64,000 bases of DNA. Origin: Hydrolagus affinis. Taxonomy: Eukaryota. Where the stretch lies: NCBI GenBank assembly GCA_012026655.1, contig JAAILG010001095.1, positions 1-64,000 of the forward strand, in the 5' to 3' direction. Position 1 is the stretch's first letter. Every line of letters begins with the position of its first letter. Positions 39,986 through 64,000 of this stretch are shown here, in pieces. Position numbers and translations under genes: made by a program. The notes under the pieces were generated by a model. That model searched no databases. It was not told the DNA's origin and saw nothing but the letters and a program-made list of their open reading frames with translations.

Positions 39986-41448
39986 ATACGTATTTACACG
40001 TATTTTAAAATTATACCTGTTCCACTTCCACAACAAAATCAATGGAAGTTAAATAAATAGTTAAGACAAATCGATAGCATCCTTTACATCAAAACGCCGA
40101 CATATCTTAAATTCATATTTTTGTGGGGCTCAGAATCAGTGAGATCTCTAACGTTAACCTTTGTTATTGATCTTTGATTTGGGTGGAAAAATAAATAAGA
40201 CAGTTTTAACATCATGCGCTAGCCACAAACTGCCCAAAGAGATCTTAAATATAATCACGGAAAACTGTCACGAGTGTTTTTCACTACAATACATTTGCTT
40301 CTTCTCGATGGTTATTCATAACCGCTAACGCGGGGGGTAAAAATAATGACCGTTTCCTAAATCTTATCTCGATAAGATCTTCTTTACAAGAACAGAACAA
40401 ACGCAAAGAGTATTATAATTTCAGTGCTGCTGTCCCCAATAAATTCCCCAAAGTCCCAAAGTCAATATGGTATTCTAACATTGTAATATAGCAATTAACT
40501 AACAAGGGGGTAAATCTTTTCCATGGGACAGCTCCATGCAAAGTTCAGTGTGATTGGAGTAGAAATCTTTAGGAGTAACCCTAAATTATTTATTATGGGA
40601 ATTTCGAAAGGAAATGCCCATAAAATATTTTCTTTCTATTTACTTCCTCTTCTGAATGGACACCGATTGCTTTACCTTCAAATTCTTTTTACTCGAGTAA
40701 ACTTGAGCTCAGACAGTGAGCGTTAAAGAGTATCTGGTTATGGGAGAAGGGGACAGGGACACTCATTCAGTTCAAATCTTTTGTAGTAAATTAAGTAGCG
40801 ACTGAGAAATAGTAGTTAATAATAGTTAATAAATGGTCAATGATTGGAAATATGGAATAACTTTTTAATGGTAATAAATATAAATTAGCAATGATAATTT
40901 CTGGCAAGATTATCTAGAAGTAATTATGGAAATGGAAATTAACTCGAAACCTTATGGTTTTGTTTTTAAAAAAAGGAATTGTAATTTGACAAACAACAAG
41001 TTGTTCTAATTTGCACCTGACGGTTCCTGTGGTATCAGTGGCTTGTACCTCAGTGTGATTATTAGAAGATAAAACAGACACAAACATTCGTTTTATTTGG
41101 AGGAAAATGATCCATTTTAAATCCTGGGCTATTTCTAAGTGGATCGTCTGCACAAATCAATGCCTTTCCATCAACACACAGAGGTCATCAGAAGAAACGT
41201 TGCTGTTTTGGTTAAAGTCTGGAAGATTAGATGCATCTCTGTTAGTTTGACAGGCAAATACAAGTAGATCAATAGTTAACCGAGAAATCTGACCAAGCAA
41301 ATCGCGTGGCTGGCGTCTCTCTTAGTGGCTGTAAACATCAAATACATATAAATTGACACATGTTATCCTCGTTTTGCTATTGATAACATAGCATTGATTT
41401 ATTTACAAGGGAGAAAGTTGTGGTTGGGTGAGCTTTGAAGAAGCTTTG

Positions 41449-41740
41449 TCGCTCAGTGGTTAGAGCACTCGCCTTACAAGTGAGAGACTTGGGTTCACTT
41501 CCCAGCTGGGCAAAACCTTGGACAAGTTTCCTTGCTCTACATGCCTGATAATAATCCCTCAAAAAACATTATTTAAAAACTGATCATTTCAATTTAGGAC
41601 TGTTTGTGGGACACTGCTGTGCACAATTGGTTGCAGTGTTTCACCCACAAATATGCAGTCAATTCAATGTGCATCTTCTGAAGCGCGTTGAGACATCTAG
41701 AAGATGTGATAAGCTACTACATCAAATGCACAAATTATAA
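41449..41740 (+). mobile_element. Young tRNA-derived SINE
   Basis: gctcagtggttagagcactcgccttacaag head through diverged tail. Confidence 0.88.
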
Positions 41741-42974
41741 TTTTTAAAAATATATACTTGGAAACACAGTGATCTTGATGAAAGTTCAATTCAGGTTCAC
41801 AGCTTTAGAGTGGACTCTCCATCCCATCAATTTAAGTGCGTTTTTCCTTCTTCCCATTTTATTAATGTTCGTTCTGCTTCACACACACTATGTGGTTAAT
41901 GCAAAATTAGTTCTGCTAAACCATGTATTTTTGGCAGATCACACATTTCATAAACACCTGTAATATATTCTAATGTTGCTTTGTAAATAATAAACTTATG
42001 TTTGTAATATCCCACATTGTAGCTGCAATTCATGCAGAATAGCCAATTGAACAACTTGCCCTCCACGCAGGGTAGTGTCCCAGGACGCTCAGCAGTGGCA
42101 GAGCCTGACTCCGAGCTGGGGACAGGTTTTAAGCATGTTTCATTGGATTATTTCCTCTCACTGAATATACCATGAGAAGTCCTCCTATTAAATTCATGAT
42201 AGATTTACATGGTGCATTAGTTAGCTCTATACATTCAAGTTGATTTTTATTTTAAAAATCCCATTTGAATGAATTGACACTTCATTATATCTACCTAGTA
42301 CCAATAAGACTATTTACACCTAATACAGTATAATAGTTTACATTCAGTGTAAAGTCCATACAAAGCAGATAAAAGAGAAATGGCAATATATAATCACGCT
42401 GTGGAATTCAGACACCACATTGGCTCTTCCAAGGATAATATCCTTAACACAGTAGTTAGTATCTCTATTAACCTCCGAGGCTTTGTCTCTGCATGCATCG
42501 CTGTAAAACAAAGTAGTCACCGCATTCAGATCTGGACCCACATATGATTGTAAGCAGAGAAATGAGGAATGTTTTGATTCACAGGAGCAGAAAACCAATA
42601 GAGCAACTGGGTCTGATTAAAGATTTGGACAATGAAAGCATCTGCTTAAGGGGAAGGGGGTGTAAACAGATTCATCATATCACTCTCTGATACCCAACTT
42701 TGCAAGTTAATAAGTTTGAAATAATCAACATATTAAAATGACTATTACAAGAACAGTTTTTTTCTCTCTCCACGATCCATATTCCCAAGTGGAAAGGTAA
42801 CTGGTTAATCTTGTGGCAAGTTACTGAGAAACCTTAGTTGTTCCACAGTCCCAGGTGGATTCAATTTGCTCGTTTTGCAATGGTTTTACAGTTAAAATGC
42901 TCCTCGGTAACCTCAGATTAACTTTCCAAGCCAAGTAAAATGCATCAACAAGAGCTTTGAATCAGATCAGGTAT

Positions 42975-42980
42975 TTTATT
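42975..42980 (-). terminator. Probable KIF11 polyadenylation signal AATAAA
   Basis: AATAAA on the minus strand ~770 nt after the stop, with upstream UGUA and U-rich elements and a downstream U/GU-rich stretch. Confidence 0.6.
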
Positions 42981-43750
42981 CGTTGTACATTTAACATAAA
43001 AAAGTTAATACAGTTAATGTAATTTTAGAGAAGCAGAAATTCCACCGTCTGAGCAACAATGTATGCTCTTACGTGACTTTTAGGAACCTGTATTGGGACT
43101 CTTTTTTTTAAAAAAAATAACCACAATGGAGGGAAAAAGTATACACAACTGCCATCAAGCATGTTAGAAATACAAAGACAGCTTAAAGTTTTTTTTAATA
43201 TACTTAAGACAAAAGCTTATAAAGATATTAAGCTATCCAGTAATACATTATACATTCTGGATTGGGAAGTCTTGAAAGATTAAAGTACACAAAGGATGGA
43301 ACAATATTCCAAAATAACACACTTGAAATTATTCAAAGGCAGTATTTGAAGACACTTTCTACAGTAAAATGACAATTTTAACCTTGTGCAGCCAGCAGGT
43401 TTCAGCTATGGCAGCTTGCAATGTTTGCAACAATGACCTCATCTTGGAGACAACACACACGAGGAATATATCTTTGATAAATATAGATTCCAGTCAGAAA
43501 CCAGTCGGTGTGGAGTGTTGAAGTCAGAATTATAAACCCCACCCCAATCAAACAGTCTGCCGACAGTCACTGTTTAATCAGTGAGCAAGGTATCACAGAG
43601 CACCCGTGTGACCACACAAACACATATATTAGCACCCCCAGAAAAGAGGAAGGAAAGAGAAGGCAGTGAAAAATAAAGAACAGAGACAGCAAATACACCA
43701 TAGCTTAAAAGTGATCTAGAAAAAAAGTTACTATTGGAATTACAGAGATG

Positions 43751-62164
<18,414 letters not shown>

Positions 62165-62275
62165 TTTCAGTTTTCTTTACAAGGACACCTACATAAGCAA
62201 GAAGTGAAGTAAATGTCAACCTTAATTCCATCGTAAAAGTACATTTTCTACCTTTACAATTCTATATTCTCAATA

Positions 62276-62745
62276 GATTCCTGTAGCTCAGTGGTTAGAG
62301 CAATTGCTTTGCAAGCAAGAAACTTGGGTTCAATATCCGACAGGTCAAAACGTTCCTTACTCTACACGTCTGTTCACCTAGAAATAGGCAGGAACCCTGT
62401 TGTTAGTCGATTGGTGAATCACTTTTCCATAAGCTGCTGAGCTCTGGGTGATCAGCACCTTGTGGAGGGAAGTGTGGGAAACCTAACAAGGAGGGAGTTG
62501 GGGTAGTCATTGATCAAGGTGACTAGATGTGCTAAATGTGTGGATGAGTTTGGGGGAATGAGGGGAGAGACAGTGGCGGTGCCGGGTGTGGGTGAATGCA
62601 CAGTGGATCACACTAATAATAATCCTGGCATTTGATTGTAGCACCTCATCACATCTTCAAGATATCTCAAGGTGAATTGACTGCATATTTTGTGGGCAAA
62701 ATGCCACAGCCAATTGCGAACAGTAGTGTCCCCACACAGTCGTAG
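62276..62745. mobile_element. SINE cluster: 5' part on + (62276-62430) and 3' half on - (62613-62745)
   Basis: tRNA head cctgtagctcagtggttagagc; reverse tail aataataatcctggcatttga. Confidence 0.75.
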
Positions 62746-63334
62746 TGACATGATAGAAGAAGCTTTAGCGACCAGTTGTGATTTTTTTTAAAACCGTAAG
62801 ACAACCAACTTCTACCACTAAATCGAGTGAGGCCACAGTAGTACCTCTCCCCACACCACTCACTTGTGCTTTAACTCGCATACGAATTTGGATACAAGGT
62901 CCAGGCTGACACTGTAATACAGATTTGTTTGAGGTGCAATCTGTCCAATAAAATTTTGGACCGAGAAGCCTTGTCTGAATGTTTTAGAAGACATGAAAGA
63001 TTACAAACTATTCAATGTGAAGTTTCTCCAAGTAACTAGATCATATGTAAAGGAATAAGCAGGGTCTTTAATAAGATGTGGTCATGGACCAAGTATCTAA
63101 CTTTTTAACAGAGAATCAGCATGAACTAAAATTCACATATTATACACTAAAAATTCACCCAGGCATTTCAACAGAAGGAAAAACGCAGTTCCAGGAAACA
63201 GAGTATGTAGTTCACGTCATTCAGTTTAAACTGATGCAGGTTTAACATTTACACTACATCACTGCTGCATGCCCTGAACATACTAAGTAAGTTTATTCAC
63301 AGTTTAGTGAAAAGGTACAATTGTTTTATATGTT

Positions 63335-63415
63335 AATAATAATAATCCTTGCATTTGATATAGCGCTTTTCACATCTTATCAACGCCTCAAAGCGCTTCA
63401 CATAATATACTGTAA
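63335..63415 (-). mobile_element. SINE 3' tail
   Basis: taataataataatccttgcatttgatatagcgcttttcac. Confidence 0.8.
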
Positions 63416-64000
63416 ATATAAATGAAAACACTGCTGTAACATTTTTAAATTATTGCATTAGAAGGAAACTTTTTTTGAATGCTGTCAAATCGTCGGCAAC
63501 CAATTGTTTCCAATCGAAAAGGTCAGGAAATTCCGCAGATCGCTATCCCAATATATGGCGAGTGAGAGTTAGCAGATCCATGCTTTTTGTATGGGTTGTG
63601 TTGCATACACGTCATTAAATAATCGAGTTGTTGGTTGGCTCCTCCATTTGAGAAATGAACCAAATAGATACCTTCTTCTCACACCAGAGGATTGTCTGCA
63701 TCACAGAGAGTCCACATTTAAATTTGTAAAACAAGTCCTTCCACTACCTCAAGTCTTGAGCATTCAGGGTATCCGCGTTCAGATGAAGCAACAAAAACAA
63801 AAAGGCCGAGGGAACAACTCGGCCGACGTTCAGGGTTATTTAACAGTGAAGCGCGCAAAGCCAAGCCAACAAACCACGTCTGTCTCGAATCACCTACATG
63901 AAATTCAACTCACCCAAAACGCGGGAGGGTTTATCCGGTCTCTTCGGACAATTTTACGAAAAAATATTGTTTGTTCCCCCTCTGCTGCAAGTCACCGAAA

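Overview
AT-rich vertebrate genomic DNA. The repeat content (tRNA-headed Deu-domain SINEs with L2-type tails, L2 and CR1 LINE fragments) and compact introns suggest a cartilaginous fish such as Callorhinchus; this is an inference. Two complete protein-coding genes lie on the minus strand in the conserved vertebrate order KIF11-HHEX. KIF11/Eg5 has 23 coding exons (62164..43751, 3195-nt CDS, 1064 aa). HHEX has 4 exons (34900..27463, 831-nt CDS, 276 aa). All exons were reconstructed by hand with GT-AG boundaries and consistent phases. The remaining ~27 kb downstream of HHEX is repeat-rich and has no recognisable intact gene, although it may hold a decayed gene. There are four assembly gaps. No prokaryotic-type system such as CRISPR is present. 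The best leads are: a dense FoxH1/T-box/Smad/Sox site cluster ~1.5 kb upstream of HHEX; CPE plus EDEN-like elements in the KIF11 3'UTR; two long palindromes with similar centres, one forming a near-perfect stem in KIF11 pre-mRNA; a duplicated hairpin-containing element in adjacent KIF11 introns; an extra KIF11 intron and a separate 5' non-coding exon relative to human; and unusual splice acceptors.
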